DNA from: Planctomycetota bacterium
GTDB lineage: Bacteria; Planctomycetota; UBA8108; SXIK01
DNA: 64,000 nucleotides
Direction of reading: 5' to 3'
Assembly: GCA_965223265.1 (NCBI GenBank)
Contig: OZ244999.1
Location: forward strand, 8,800,001-8,864,000
Positions 50,128-62,441 of the stretch are shown piece after piece; the first letter of the stretch is position 1, and every line of letters begins with the position of its first letter. A program made the position numbers and the translations under genes. The notes beneath the pieces were generated by a model. That model saw only the letters and a list, made by a program, of their open reading frames with translations. It was not told where the DNA came from and did not search any database.

Positions 50128-50245
50128 GAACGCTCTGAACCGCACGTAACAGACGGTACATCGTTCGGGCTGCCATGAAAAGCTCAACTCACGCGAGGCG
50201 CGGGCTCTGTCGGCCCGCCGGTTGAAGGGTCTGCGGAGCTCGAGC
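50128..50245 (+). repeat. ~118-bp dispersed repeat, copy 1
   Basis: Closely matches 52574-52688. Confidence 0.85.
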
Positions 50246-50633
50246 TCTGAGGGCAGCGCGCGGGCGGACGATCTCGACGAGAACTTCCAAGCCTTTGCGG
50301 AGAGGGACTCTCGTCGAGGACGTAGCGCGGTTCGCGTTACGGACGCGAGTCCGCCGCGACGCCTCGAAGCCGCCGATCGAGTCGTCGCCCCACCGCCTGC
50401 GCAAGACTCGGTTCCGGCGGTCGCCAACTTTGCCGGACGCGACGGGGAGTTGTTGATAGAGGTCGACGAGGACCGTCAGGGCGCACCTCGATCAGTCAGG
50501 CGCAGAACGTGTGCATGCATTGACAAACTACTTCGAGAGGAAGATCATCCGATGCGTCGCCAACAGTCCGGTCGAGGAATCCAAACGGCTCTCCAACCCA
50601 CCGCTTGCCATTTGCATAGAAGAAAGGTCGTCG

Positions 50634-52400
50634 ATGTCTCCGTCTGCTTTTACTCTGCTGCTCCTGTCTGCCTCCTTGGCGGGCCCCGGGACGACGATCA
50701 CGATCACGACACCGACACCGCCGCCGGCTTGGGCTCTTGCCGAGCGCGCGCTTTTGGAGGCGGGCGTTGAGGCCGCAGAGGAGTACGCCGCGAAGTATCT
50801 TGACGAACGCGGCTACTTGCGCTGCGTCGAGCGCTGGGGCGGCAACGACGGGCCCGACGACGCCATGGAGAACTTTCACAATTGGCCACTTTTTCACGCC
50901 TTGGGAGCCGACGACCGCATCCTCGACCTCTACAAGTTGGCGTGGGAAGGACACCTCAAGCAGTATACGGAGGCACGGGCACCGGGAATCCCGATGGCGC
51001 AGGACGGCATGTTCTACCGCGAATTCATCACCTCCTTCGACTGGGAACACACCGGTGAAGGGCTGCAGGCCTTCTTCTTCTATGGTCTGTCGGCGCCAGA
51101 CGACCTTCGCTACCTGAGCCGCGTGCGCCGTTTTGCCGGCTTCTACATGAACGAGGACGCAGAAGCCCGCAACTACGACCCGAAACACAAGATCATCCGC
51201 AGCCTCCACAACGGCAGCCGCGGTCCGAAGCTCACGCCGGCAACACAGGAGGACTGGGGAGGACTTCCTGTGCCTGGTAAGCCGGAGCGCTTGAGCCGGT
51301 ATGACACTGCAGCGAATATTCGGGGCGACCATCCGCTCAATCTCTGTGCTTGTACGCTGGCGATGACCGCCTATCTGCTGACACAGGAGACCAAGTATCG
51401 CGATTGGATCTTGGAGTACTCGAACGCGTGGCGCGATCGGATCCTCGAGAACGGCGGCAACATACCGACCAACATAGGACTCGACGGCACGATCGGCGGG
51501 GAATGGGATGGCAAGTGGTACGGTGGAACGTTCGGCTGGAACTTCTATCCACAGAGTAGCGGTCGCAACTATTACATCCGGGGGCCGCGCATTGCCTTTG
51601 GGGAGTGTATCTTGCTCACCGGCGACCTGAGCTACATGGAGCCTCTGCGCCAGCAAATCGACAACCTCTACGAAGCGAGCAAGGTCATCGACGGTGTTCG
51701 GATGTTTCCGAACAAACACGGAGATGACGGTTGGTACGGGTACACCTCCTCCGCCCGGCCTGACGTACAGCGCAACACGTATCTCTTCTCTATGAACCCA
51801 CACGACAAACGGCGTCTGCTGGACGATCCGTGGCTTTCGTTTCTGGCCGGGCGCAATCCGGAGTACCCGCTGCGGGCTCTCCAAGATGCCTTCGCCGCTG
51901 TGCGCCAACGCATTGCGGATCTGCGGGCTGACCCTACGACCGAGGAGACGCGAGGCTCTGATTGGACGCACGACTACAATCCGCTGACCACGGCCGCTCT
52001 CGTCAATCTGATGCTCGGCGGCGTTGACCCCGGCAAAGCGGGAAATGTGCTCCACACGCAGGTGCGATACTTCGATCCGCAGCGACGGCGGGCCGGTCTG
52101 CCGCAAGACGTTGCGGCGCTCATCGACCGGATAGAACCGGAGGCCGTGTCGCTCACGCTCGTTAACGTCAGCCCGCAGCACGCGCGGACGGTGATCGTGC
52201 AGATGGGCGCATACGCCGAGCATCACTGCCGCGCCGTCGAGGTCGGCCAGCGCAGTGAAACCGTGGACGCGACCAGTTTCACAGTGTCGCTTCTCCCGGG
52301 CACGAGCGCCAAGATGCGGGTGACCCTGGAGCGCTATGCGCATCAGCCGACGCTCAGCTTTCCCTGGGACCGAGCTTGGATGCTCGACGAAAAGCCGTGA
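50634..52400 (+). CDS. Conserved secreted hypothetical protein (possible alpha/alpha-toroid enzyme)
   Basis: Signal-like N-terminus, aromatic-rich, RWGGNDGPDD and DWEHTGEG motifs. GAAAGG RBS. Confidence 0.8.
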   Translation: MSPSAFTLLLLSASLAGPGTTITITTPTPPPAWALAERALLEAGVEAAEEYAAKYLDERGYLRCVERWGGNDGPDDAMENFHNWPLFHALGADDRILDLYKLAWEGHLKQYTEARAPGIPMAQDGMFYREFITSFDWEHTGEGLQAFFFYGLSAPDDLRYLSRVRRFAGFYMNEDAEARNYDPKHKIIRSLHNGSRGPKLTPATQEDWGGLPVPGKPERLSRYDTAANIRGDHPLNLCACTLAMTAYLLTQETKYRDWILEYSNAWRDRILENGGNIPTNIGLDGTIGGEWDGKWYGGTFGWNFYPQSSGRNYYIRGPRIAFGECILLTGDLSYMEPLRQQIDNLYEASKVIDGVRMFPNKHGDDGWYGYTSSARPDVQRNTYLFSMNPHDKRRLLDDPWLSFLAGRNPEYPLRALQDAFAAVRQRIADLRADPTTEETRGSDWTHDYNPLTTAALVNLMLGGVDPGKAGNVLHTQVRYFDPQRRRAGLPQDVAALIDRIEPEAVSLTLVNVSPQHARTVIVQMGAYAEHHCRAVEVGQRSETVDATSFTVSLLPGTSAKMRVTLERYAHQPTLSFPWDRAWMLDEKP

Positions 52401-52573
52401 ATCTCGACGTGTCGAGTGCAGTCCTGCGGTGGCCGGCGGCTCGACGCAACCTTGGCTGGGAGCCCGACCAAGAAACCCTCGTCAAGACCGAGGCCGACAG
52501 GCCGAACCAGATGCGCCTCTGGAGGCCTCTCCACACTTCGAGAGCTTGGCCGTCCCGATCTCGCTGAGAAGAG

Positions 52574-52688
52574 GAACGCTCTGACCGCCGGTAACAGACG
52601 GCACATCGATCGGGCCGCCAAGAAAAGCTCAACTCGCGCGAGGCGCGGGCTCTGTCCGACCCCCGTGAAGGGACTGCGGAGCTCGAGC
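52574..52688 (+). repeat. ~115-bp dispersed repeat, copy 2
   Basis: Closely matches 50128-50245. Confidence 0.85.
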
Positions 52689-52837
52689 GCCCTCTGAATC
52701 GTCTAGCTGGTCGACGGCAGCTTGCAGCGGATCCGGGCGCAGCGACCCCGACCACACGTCTCCGAGCGGTTTTTTTTCATCCCTCTTGCGAATAAAACGA
52801 GCACATGCGTCGTCCAAGCTTCGGCGACTAGCCTAGC

Positions 52838-52889
52838 AGCCCGCCCGAAAGAGTCATTCGGCTGAGAAACCGGCCTCTTCACGCCCAGA
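52838..52889 (+). mobile_element. Solo MITE end homologous to 54176-54228
   Basis: CAGCCCGCCCGAAAGAGTCATTCGGCTGAGAAACCGGCCTCTTCACGCCCAGA preceded by CTAG. Confidence 0.7.
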
Positions 52890-52909
52890 TCAGCCGCGGC
52901 GAGCCTCGC

Positions 52910-54091
52910 CTACCGCCTGTAGAACCTGTCGATGACGGCGACGATCCGCTCGACATCGTCGGCGCTCATGTACTGATGAACCGGCAGCGAAATGACTTCG
53001 CTTGCGGCCTGCTCCGCCTCGGGAAACGAGCCCGGTCCGTAGCCCAGCTCCTGAAATATCGGCTGCATGGGCAGCGGAATCGGATAGTAGACGCCCGAGG
53101 AGATGCCCTCCTCCTGCAGCGCTTGGCGCAGTTCGTCGCGACGTGTGGCGCGCAGCGTGTACTGATGGTACGTCGCGACTTCGCCCGCCTCGGGTTGCGG
53201 CGGCAGCGCCAGCAGGTCGGCGCGGTCGAGCAAACCGCTGGCGCGGAAGAGACGGTCAAAAAGCGCTGCGTTTTCACGTCGACGAGCGTTCCAGCGATCG
53301 AGGTGGCGTAGGCGAACGCCCAGCACCGCGGCCTGCAGCGCATCCATGCGACCGTTGCCGGCGAGGAGCACGTGCCGATACAGGCCATCCATGCCGTGGT
53401 TCCGCAGCATCTGGACGCGTTCGGCGAGCCGCTGCTGTGACGTGACGACGAGTCCAGCTTCGCCACAAGCCGGAAGGTTCTTCGTTGGATAGAACGAGAA
53501 GCAGCCGAAGAGCCCCAGCGTGCCCGCCGCGACGGCGTCTCCTGAGGCGGCGAGGCAGCGCGTCCCGAGTGCCTGCGCGGCGTCTTCGATGACCGCGATC
53601 GGTTCGTCTGGCTCTGCCGCTAGCTCGAGATAACGGCGCATCGGGGCCGGATGGCCGTAGAGATGGACCGCGATGATCGCTCGCGTGCGTGGCGTGATCG
53701 CGGCCGCAAGCGCATCAGGTGCCATTTGATATGTCACCGGATCGATATCCACGAAAACCGGACGTACGCCGAGGCGCGCTACGCAGGTCGCGCTGGCGAT
53801 AAACGTGAACGCCGTCGTGATCACTTCGTCTCCAGGGCGAACGTCGAGCGCCTGAAGAGCGGTCAGGAGCGCCTCGGTACCGGAAGAGACGCCAAACGCG
53901 TGAGCCGAACCGAGATAGTCGCACGCCGCGGCTTCGAACTCCTCGACGCGAGGGCCGAGTGCGTACCGCCCCGACGCCAGAACCTCAAGCACCGCAGTCT
54001 CTGTCTCCTCGCGCAATTCCTCGAAGACAGCTTGTGGATCGACGATTGCGATGTTACGTGACTCTTGCCGGATCGGGCTCAAGTGCTTCAC
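52910..54091 (-). CDS. DegT/DnrJ/EryC1/StrS aminotransferase
   Basis: SSGTEAL, VHLYG, IEDAAQA, FSFYPTKNL. Confidence 0.93.
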   Translation of the reverse strand: MKHLSPIRQESRNIAIVDPQAVFEELREETETAVLEVLASGRYALGPRVEEFEAAACDYLGSAHAFGVSSGTEALLTALQALDVRPGDEVITTAFTFIASATCVARLGVRPVFVDIDPVTYQMAPDALAAAITPRTRAIIAVHLYGHPAPMRRYLELAAEPDEPIAVIEDAAQALGTRCLAASGDAVAAGTLGLFGCFSFYPTKNLPACGEAGLVVTSQQRLAERVQMLRNHGMDGLYRHVLLAGNGRMDALQAAVLGVRLRHLDRWNARRRENAALFDRLFRASGLLDRADLLALPPQPEAGEVATYHQYTLRATRRDELRQALQEEGISSGVYYPIPLPMQPIFQELGYGPGSFPEAEQAASEVISLPVHQYMSADDVERIVAVIDRFYRR

Positions 54092-54175
54092 CTCTTGCTG
54101 GATGCAGGGACGGCAGACGGAACGGACAGATTATATTCGTTCGCTCCGCTCCGGAAACCAAAACTTGCCCCTTAA

Positions 54176-54353
54176 CAGCCCGCTTGAAAAAGTCATTCGG
54201 CCGAGGAAACTGGTCTCTTCACGCCCAGACGGGCCTCGTCAATACTCGCCATCAGAATCGAAAGAAGAGGGCCCGAAGATTGCCTGCGTTTGCCGCGGCC
54301 GATGGACGCGAAGAGACCAGTTTTCGGCTCGAAGTACTTTTTCAGGCGGGCTG
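54176..54353. mobile_element. MITE with ~50-bp imperfect terminal inverted repeats
   Basis: CAGCCCGCTTGAAAAAGT / ACTTTTTCAGGCGGGCTG (17/18). Flanks TTAA and CTAA. Confidence 0.8.
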
Positions 54354-54357
54354 CTAA

Positions 54358-54610
54358 CTCGAGTTCGGCCATTTCGCGTCGAGCCTGCCAGCGCCAGGAG
54401 CGTCGAGGCCAAGGAACGACTCGGGCGCGATCCCGCTCGGGTCGTGGCGGAGGAGTGACGCAGGCATCGGCGCTCCTGGCGTTCCCCGAAGGGCCGGACA
54501 GGAGTTTTTGAATGGGCACAAGGGTTCTCAGGGTACGAAAAAGTCGAAAGGGCCTCGGAACCCCCGTGAAACTCGTCCGGCCAGGCCGGCGCGAAATGGC
54601 CAAACTCGAG
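54358..54610. mobile_element. Second, unrelated MITE-like element abutting the first
   Basis: CTCGAGTTCGGCCATTTCGCG / CGCGAAATGGCCAAACTCGAG (20/21). Inner IR CGCCAGGAGCG/CGCTCCTGGCG. Confidence 0.75.
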
Positions 54611-54758
54611 GCTAACCCGGAGGCAGCGCAGCGTCCGCGACCTCATGCTTCGAGTCGCGACCCGAACGTAGCCACGCGGTGCAGCGGGCTCCCCCGGTGC
54701 ATCGACTTGCGCGTGGTGACGAGCGAGCAATCGGCGCCGCCCTGCAGTGCGATCTGCT

Positions 54759-55712
54759 TCACTGCTTCTGCGTGCGGAACCACTTCACGAAGCGCGCGAT
54801 TCCCTTTTCTAACGGAAACGAGGGTTGGTACGTCAGCTCTGCTTGTGCGCGTTGAATATCGGCGCATGTCAGGGGCACGTCGCCCGCTTGCGGCGCTCGC
54901 CACGCGATCCGGGCGTCCTTGCCGAGTGCGGACTCGATATGCTTGACCAGCTCGACGATGCTCGTCGTGCGATGGTTCCCAAGGTTGTAGATTCGATAGC
55001 CCGACGGTCGCTGCAGTGTCGAGACGATTCCGTCGATGATGTCGTCGACGTAGGTGAAGTCGCGTTGCGAGCTGCCGTCGCCGTAGACCTCAATCTCCTC
55101 CTCCGCGTCGATGAGCCGAACGAACTTGTGGATTGCCATCTCTGGACGCTGTCTCGGCCCATACACCGTAAAAAATCGCAGGCAGGTGACGGCACTTTGC
55201 GTCAGATGATGGTGAGCATAGCAAAGCAGCTCACCAGCCTTCTTCGTCGCTGCGTAGGGTGACACCGGCGCATCGACATTGTCGTCCTCGTGAAACGGTC
55301 CGTTCGTACGAGATCCATAGACCGAAGACGAAGACGCAAAAACGAACTTCCGCACGTTGTGTCGGTGCGCCGCTGCCAAGAGCCGCGCGGTGCCGTTGAC
55401 ATTCACATCGACGTAGAGTTCTGGGTCCACGACCGAAGGACGTACCCCCGCGCGTGCAGCCAGGTGGATGATCGCTTCAAAATCGTGCTGAGCTGTTATA
55501 GACTCGACAAGCTCTCGGTCGCGAATGTCGCCTTCGATGAGCTGGAATCTCTCCGCAGCGTTGGCTGTTCGGAGGTTTTCGCGCTTGATGGCTGGATCGT
55601 AGTACGCGTCGAGGTTATCAAGCCCGACGACTGTGAACCCAGACTGCAGAAGACGTTCCGTTAGATGGGACCCGATGAACCCCGCCGCGCCGGTTATCAA
55701 CACGTGTGGCAT
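54759..55712 (-). CDS. NAD-dependent sugar epimerase (UDP-glucuronate 4-epimerase-like)
   Basis: TGAAGFIG, HLAARAGVR, ASSSSVYG, YAATK, FTVYGP. Confidence 0.92.
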   Translation of the reverse strand: MPHVLITGAAGFIGSHLTERLLQSGFTVVGLDNLDAYYDPAIKRENLRTANAAERFQLIEGDIRDRELVESITAQHDFEAIIHLAARAGVRPSVVDPELYVDVNVNGTARLLAAAHRHNVRKFVFASSSSVYGSRTNGPFHEDDNVDAPVSPYAATKKAGELLCYAHHHLTQSAVTCLRFFTVYGPRQRPEMAIHKFVRLIDAEEEIEVYGDGSSQRDFTYVDDIIDGIVSTLQRPSGYRIYNLGNHRTTSIVELVKHIESALGKDARIAWRAPQAGDVPLTCADIQRAQAELTYQPSFPLEKGIARFVKWFRTQKQ

Positions 55713-55812
55713 GGCAGGATTATAACGACCTTGGCGTGGCTGACAATGCGGCCTTTGAAGCGTATCGCCTCGGCGCCCGTCTTGCCCTTTCCCGGCAGAT
55801 CATCGCTCACTC

Positions 55813-56586
55813 ATGCGTTCTGACCCAGACAGTTACGACTCAAACAGCTGTAACTCAGACCGCGGAGCTGGCGCCAGCGGCGCTCTCGTTCTGTGGAGCG
55901 GTGGGCTGGACTCGACGACGCTGCTGGCCATAGCCAGTGACGAGGGCTTCGAGCCGACCGCGCTCATTTTCAGTTATGGTCAACGGCATGCTGTAGAGGT
56001 CGAATGCGCTTGCCGTGAGGCGGAGCGCCTCAGCGTACCGTACCGCCTGGCCGAGATCGATCTTCGGGCCGTCGGTGGCTCGGCGCTGACGAGCGAAGAG
56101 ATCGACGTACCTGTAGATCGATCTCTGGAGCGCTTCCCGTCGGCAGGCATTCCCTTAACCTACGTTCCAGCGCGCAACACGATTTTCCTCTCGTACGCGC
56201 TGGCGTGGTCTGAGGTGCTCGGAGTCGCCGATATTTTTATCGGCGTCAATGCCGTCGACTATTCTGGGTATCCAGATTGCCGCCCCGAGTACATCGATGC
56301 GTTCGTGCGCATGGCGAATCTCGCCTGCCGATCGACGACGCAAGACGGGGTGACGCTGAAGATCCACACGCCACTGATCGATAAGAGCAAAGCCGAGATT
56401 ATCCAGTGGGGGACACGTCTCGGCGTTGACTATTCTCGGACGTGGAGTTGTTACGCCCCCGAGTGGCGGGTTTGCGCATCGGAGAAAGACGCAGTGGCGC
56501 TGGCATGCGGCCGATGTGACAGTTGTCTCCTGCGGCGGCAAGGATTCGTGGAGGCTGGCATGGCCGACCCGACGCGATATCGGTAG
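55813..56586 (+). CDS. queC: 7-cyano-7-deazaguanine synthase
   Basis: SGGLDS, YGQRH, TYVPARN, GYPDCRP, CGRCDSC. Confidence 0.96.
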   Translation: MRSDPDSYDSNSCNSDRGAGASGALVLWSGGLDSTTLLAIASDEGFEPTALIFSYGQRHAVEVECACREAERLSVPYRLAEIDLRAVGGSALTSEEIDVPVDRSLERFPSAGIPLTYVPARNTIFLSYALAWSEVLGVADIFIGVNAVDYSGYPDCRPEYIDAFVRMANLACRSTTQDGVTLKIHTPLIDKSKAEIIQWGTRLGVDYSRTWSCYAPEWRVCASEKDAVALACGRCDSCLLRRQGFVEAGMADPTRYR

Positions 56587-56692
56587 CACCTTCCCAAAGA
56601 AGCGCTTCGAGCTGGGAGCGGGCCGAACAAGCTTGCGCCCATGGCGGGGACGTCTGATCGCGGGCGAGTGAAGCGAAAGCACGGAGTTCTCG

Positions 56693-57775
56693 GTGAATCT
56701 CATTCTTGTGAACGAACGCTTGCCTTACGCGAGCACGACGTTCTATACGCTCGATCTAGCGCTTGAGTTGCAGGCGCGCGACCACCAGGTCAGGCTTTGC
56801 ACGCGCGGCGGCGATCTGCGCCAGGTTTTCCAGAATCGTGGCGTGAAGACCTACAGCGTGAAGCTCAACTACTTTTCGTTCAGGCGACTCCTGGGGTTCC
56901 TCCGTGAGTTTCGGGCCAAACTCATTCACGTTCAGAACGTCCGTAGCGTCGAACTGGGCCAGAGGATTTCGGAGAAACTCTCCGTGCCTCACGTCCTCAC
57001 CGTTCACAAGGTACCTGGTGAGCAGAATCTCGGACTGGCGCATCCTAAGCTTGCCGGTGTGATCGCGCTCAACGAGATGATCCGTGCCGATCTCGTCAAC
57101 GCTCATGGGATTCCGAAGAATCTCATACGAGTCATCAAGCATGGTGTCGACGTGGAAGCGTTTCGACCACGTACCGAGAGCGTGCTGACGCCGCGAGATT
57201 CGGACAAGCTGCCGGTGATTGGGTCGGTTGGACGTCTGGCGGCGGTCAAGGGCCACGACACGTTCCTACGGGCGGCGCGGCGCGTTCTCGATTCAGGCGT
57301 CGAGGCGTTGTTCATGATCGTCGGCGAGGGCACGGAAGAGAGCGCCCTGCGTCGACTCGTCCGCGAGCTCGACTTGCAGGAAAGTGTGACGCTCCTGCCT
57401 CACATGCCCAGTCGGCGGGAACTCTATCGAATCTTCGACATCGTCTCGGTGTCGACGTTGAGAGGCGGCGTCGGCGCGACGGCTTTGGAGGCCATGGCGA
57501 TGGCCAAGCCAGTGGTCGCCAGTGCTGTCGGCGACATGCTCGAGCTGATCCACAACGGCAAGACCGGTCTTCTCGTCGAGCCGCAGAACCCTGAAGCACT
57601 GGCGAGCGCTCTGATCTCGCTCTTGCGCGACCCGGAAGCCGCTGCACAATTGGGACGAGACGCGCGTCAATTCGCCTGCGAGCACTTCTCCCTGCTCGAG
57701 CTGGTCGACACGACCCTCGAGTTTTACGACGACGTCGAAGCGCAGCTCCACGAGCGCTGGCTGGAGCGTTCCTGA
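56693..57775 (+). CDS. Glycosyltransferase family 4
   Basis: GRLAAVKG, LEAMAMAKPVVAS. Confidence 0.88.
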   Translation: MNLILVNERLPYASTTFYTLDLALELQARDHQVRLCTRGGDLRQVFQNRGVKTYSVKLNYFSFRRLLGFLREFRAKLIHVQNVRSVELGQRISEKLSVPHVLTVHKVPGEQNLGLAHPKLAGVIALNEMIRADLVNAHGIPKNLIRVIKHGVDVEAFRPRTESVLTPRDSDKLPVIGSVGRLAAVKGHDTFLRAARRVLDSGVEALFMIVGEGTEESALRRLVRELDLQESVTLLPHMPSRRELYRIFDIVSVSTLRGGVGATALEAMAMAKPVVASAVGDMLELIHNGKTGLLVEPQNPEALASALISLLRDPEAAAQLGRDARQFACEHFSLLELVDTTLEFYDDVEAQLHERWLERS

Positions 57776-57791
57776 GTCGACGGAGCCTGGC

Positions 57792-57820
57792 TTGACAACC
57801 ACGGGGCGAGTTGATACGGT
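57792..57820 (+). promoter_or_regulatory. Putative sigma70 promoter for kdsB-pyrG
   Basis: TTGACA, 17-nt spacer, TACGGT with extended TG. Confidence 0.55.
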
Positions 57821-58101
57821 CTCGCCTGGTTATGGGAACCGCGTTTCCATTGTAAGTCGTTTCTGGAAAACGGCTTGGTGCGGAGGGGCGGCGTCCGAGC
57901 CGCCTTGCTCCCGTGACCGCTGGCCCGCGGTCGCCGGAGGAGTGGAGATGCCGAGAACGTGCCGATGAATGCGCGCCAATCTAACAGTTCGCCTCGGCTG
58001 ACGACGACACTGGCCCGACCAGCGTTCACAGAACTGGGCGTAGCTCGTGTTCGCCGCGGCGCACGCGCTGGCACCGCGCGCTGTCTCCGACGGGGCGGGA
58101 A

Positions 58102-58893
58102 ATGAAAGTTGTCGCCGTGATTCCGGCGCGGCTTGAAGCGAAGAGATTCCCTCGCAAAGTTCTCGCCAGGGAGACAGGAAAGTACCTCTTTCAACACGTC
58201 TACGAGCGTGTCGTTGGGTGCCCTGGAATCGACCGGGTGATCGTCGCCACCGACAGCCGCGAAGTCGCCGAAGCTGGAAGTACTTTCGGCGCGGAGGTGC
58301 AGCTAACTCGCAGCGATCATGTTTCCGGCACGGATCGAGTCGCTGAAGTCGCGCGTTCCCTCGACCACGACATAGTACTCAACGTGCAGGCGGATGAACC
58401 GCTTGTCGAGCATGAGGATCTGCAGACTCTGATCGCTCTCTTCGCCCCTGCTGAGGAGCCGCTGTCCGGCACTGTCCGACCGCTGCCTGTGATGAGCACG
58501 CTTGCGGCGGCACGTCGGGATGCGCGAGGCTTTCGGGACGCGAACGTCGTCAAGGTCGTCATTGGGCGCGGAGGCGATGCGGTCTATTTCAGCCGCGCGC
58601 CAGTGCCGTACGCTCACGCCGATGAATCTGCCTCGACTGTCGCTGAGTGGTTCCAGCACATTGGTCTCTATGCGTACGAGCGTGATTTTCTGCTGCGGCT
58701 CGCCGAGATGGCACCCACCGCGCTCGAGCAGCGTGAGCGACTGGAGCAGATGCGTGTGCTGGAGAACGGCTACCGCATCCGCGTCGGCTTGACGCTACAC
58801 CGCCATGTAGGAGTCGATACCGAAGAGGAATACAAGGAGTTTGTTGAACAATACCGAGCGGCGCAGGTATACCCCGACGCTTGCAAGAAATGA
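58102..58893 (+). CDS. kdsB: 3-deoxy-manno-octulosonate cytidylyltransferase
   Basis: IPARL..KRFPRK, SGTDR, NVQADEP, YFSRAPVP, HIGLYAY, LEQMRVLE. Confidence 0.95.
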   Translation: MKVVAVIPARLEAKRFPRKVLARETGKYLFQHVYERVVGCPGIDRVIVATDSREVAEAGSTFGAEVQLTRSDHVSGTDRVAEVARSLDHDIVLNVQADEPLVEHEDLQTLIALFAPAEEPLSGTVRPLPVMSTLAAARRDARGFRDANVVKVVIGRGGDAVYFSRAPVPYAHADESASTVAEWFQHIGLYAYERDFLLRLAEMAPTALEQRERLEQMRVLENGYRIRVGLTLHRHVGVDTEEEYKEFVEQYRAAQVYPDACKK

Positions 58894-59136
58894 CGGCAGG
58901 CAACAAGCGCCCTCGACGACCGGGTAGGACGCCACGCGCGACGTTGGGGTTGGATTCTGGAGCGCTGATGGGCACTCTCGATCTTTCGATCAATGACTTT
59001 TTTCAATGGGCGGTGGCGCGATGTAAGATGACGGGGGTCCACGGGCGCTGAGTCTGCTCGACTTGCCGGCGATATTTGCGGTCGCCGATCTAACGGTCAC
59101 CTTTGAGCGTGAACGGCGAGTCGACGCACGCAATGA

Positions 59137-60774
<1,638 letters not shown>

Positions 60775-60848
60775 CAGAAGATCCGGTTCGCTCGTGCATC
60801 TGCGACACAGCGTCGGGTCACATGATCGAGGCATCGAGGACAGCAGTC

Positions 60849-61304
60849 ATGGCGAACGATCCCAAAGGCACAGAGAACGCGGCAGCAGAGTCTGAAGCGC
60901 CACAAGGCGACGACAGCTGGAAGACGAGGATCCAGCAAGAGAAAGACACGCTCGATCAAGAAGCGTCGCAGCGTATGCCCGAAGCCTCGTTTCTGTCGCT
61001 CATCGAGGAGTTTTCTTTGCGTGCAATGGTCGCACTGGGGCAGATTCCGAACCCGATGAGCGGTAGCGCGGAGTTCGACCCTGAAGCGGCGAAGTATACG
61101 ATCGACATGTTGGGCGTGCTCGAGGAGAAGACGAAGGGCAATCTGTCGCCGGAGGAGTCTACGTCGCTCGAACAGGTCGTCGGCCAGCTGCGCGTGGCGT
61201 TCGTCCATCTGTCGAAGAACCCTCCGGCGGCCGGCGGAGGCAGCGCTGAGGGCGGTACAGCAGAACCGGATTCCGGTTCTCCCGGCCCTCGAATCATCGT
61301 CTGA
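60849..61304 (+). CDS. DUF1844 domain protein
   Basis: ALGQIPNP, AKYTIDML..LEEKTKGNL. Confidence 0.85.
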   Translation: MANDPKGTENAAAESEAPQGDDSWKTRIQQEKDTLDQEASQRMPEASFLSLIEEFSLRAMVALGQIPNPMSGSAEFDPEAAKYTIDMLGVLEEKTKGNLSPEESTSLEQVVGQLRVAFVHLSKNPPAAGGGSAEGGTAEPDSGSPGPRIIV

Positions 61305-61312
61305 TCACAGAG

Positions 61313-62428
61313 ATGATTCTCTATCAAGGGCTCTTGCGCTCGACTGCGAGTTGGGCGCGGGTCGGCCGCGGCTACATAGGCGCTCTGCTTTCCCGCGGCG
61401 TCGACGTCCGGGCGCTCCATGTGCGAGGGTTTCGTTACCAGGCCAGTTTTTCCGGGATCCCCACTGAACTCCAAGAGTATTCGCTCGATGCGGCGCGCGC
61501 GCTCTCAAACGTGGAAGTCGGCCTGGGTTTTCTGCAGCCGCCTCACGCGCATCGGATCCTCGGAGACCGTCGGGTGAACCTGTTCGTTTGGGAGGCCGAT
61601 CGTCTTCCACAGTCGTGGGTGGAGCTCCTCGAGAGAGACGTCGATTTGGTCCTCGTGCCCTCCCAATTCACGCGCGACGCGTATGTCAATTCAGGCGGCA
61701 GCGTGGATCGCGTTGCCATCGTGCCGTATGGCTTTTGTCAAACGGCCGCTGCCGGTTTCGGAGGGGTTTTTAAGCGACTGCACAACGACTCAGAGACCTT
61801 CACGTTTGCCGCGGTGATGGCACCCCACCGGCGTAAGGGCGTCGGTGAGCTTCTCGCTGCCTACCGCCGGGCTTTTAGCGACAGGGAGGGGGTCCGACTG
61901 ATCATCAAGACGACCTACGACCCCGGTCACGTCCGGCGTCGATTCCCTTTCGAAATCGCCTCGTGGGCACAGGAGATCGCACGTCATGGGCTTGAAGAAC
62001 CGGGCGCGCCGGCCGTCGCGGTGGAGATTGCGGCATTGAGCGACGAGGAGGTTCTCGCGTTCTTCGCAGCCGCGGACGTCGTCGTGCAGCCCTCCCATGG
62101 CGAGGCGTTTGGCTTGGCGATTCTCGAGGCGCAGGCCGTGGGCCGACCAGTGCTGACGAGTGATTGGGGCGGACAGTGCGATTTCACTCCGGCGGGGCCT
62201 GATCGATTGCCAACTCGGCTGCAACCGGCAGGTGCGGAGCTCTACGTCGAAGCGCCGGAGGCCCTCGCGGCGACCGTTGATGTTGATGCTCTCGCGCAGC
62301 GCATGCGGTGGCATTTCGACCATCGCGCTGCATCCGCAGAGCTAGGTGCTACTGCTCGTGCTGCTGTAGCCGTCTGGACGTGGGAGCGCGCTGCGCAGCA
62401 GCTTCTCGACACGCTTGTTACGTCGTAG
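61313..62428 (+). CDS. Glycosyltransferase family 4
   Basis: VWE, VPSQF, RKG, PSHGEAFGLAILEA. Confidence 0.85.
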   Translation: MILYQGLLRSTASWARVGRGYIGALLSRGVDVRALHVRGFRYQASFSGIPTELQEYSLDAARALSNVEVGLGFLQPPHAHRILGDRRVNLFVWEADRLPQSWVELLERDVDLVLVPSQFTRDAYVNSGGSVDRVAIVPYGFCQTAAAGFGGVFKRLHNDSETFTFAAVMAPHRRKGVGELLAAYRRAFSDREGVRLIIKTTYDPGHVRRRFPFEIASWAQEIARHGLEEPGAPAVAVEIAALSDEEVLAFFAAADVVVQPSHGEAFGLAILEAQAVGRPVLTSDWGGQCDFTPAGPDRLPTRLQPAGAELYVEAPEALAATVDVDALAQRMRWHFDHRAASAELGATARAAVAVWTWERAAQQLLDTLVTS

Positions 62429-62441
62429 CCATTGTGCGGTG

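Noticed and set aside
50137-50172. Reverse-strand resemblance to group II intron domain V (ACGTGCGGTTC)
   Set aside because: Pairing is poor, the second repeat copy lacks it, and there is no intron RT.
50496-52343. 615-aa minus-strand ORF
   Set aside because: Antisense shadow of the + strand gene, which has the RBS, signal peptide and natural composition.
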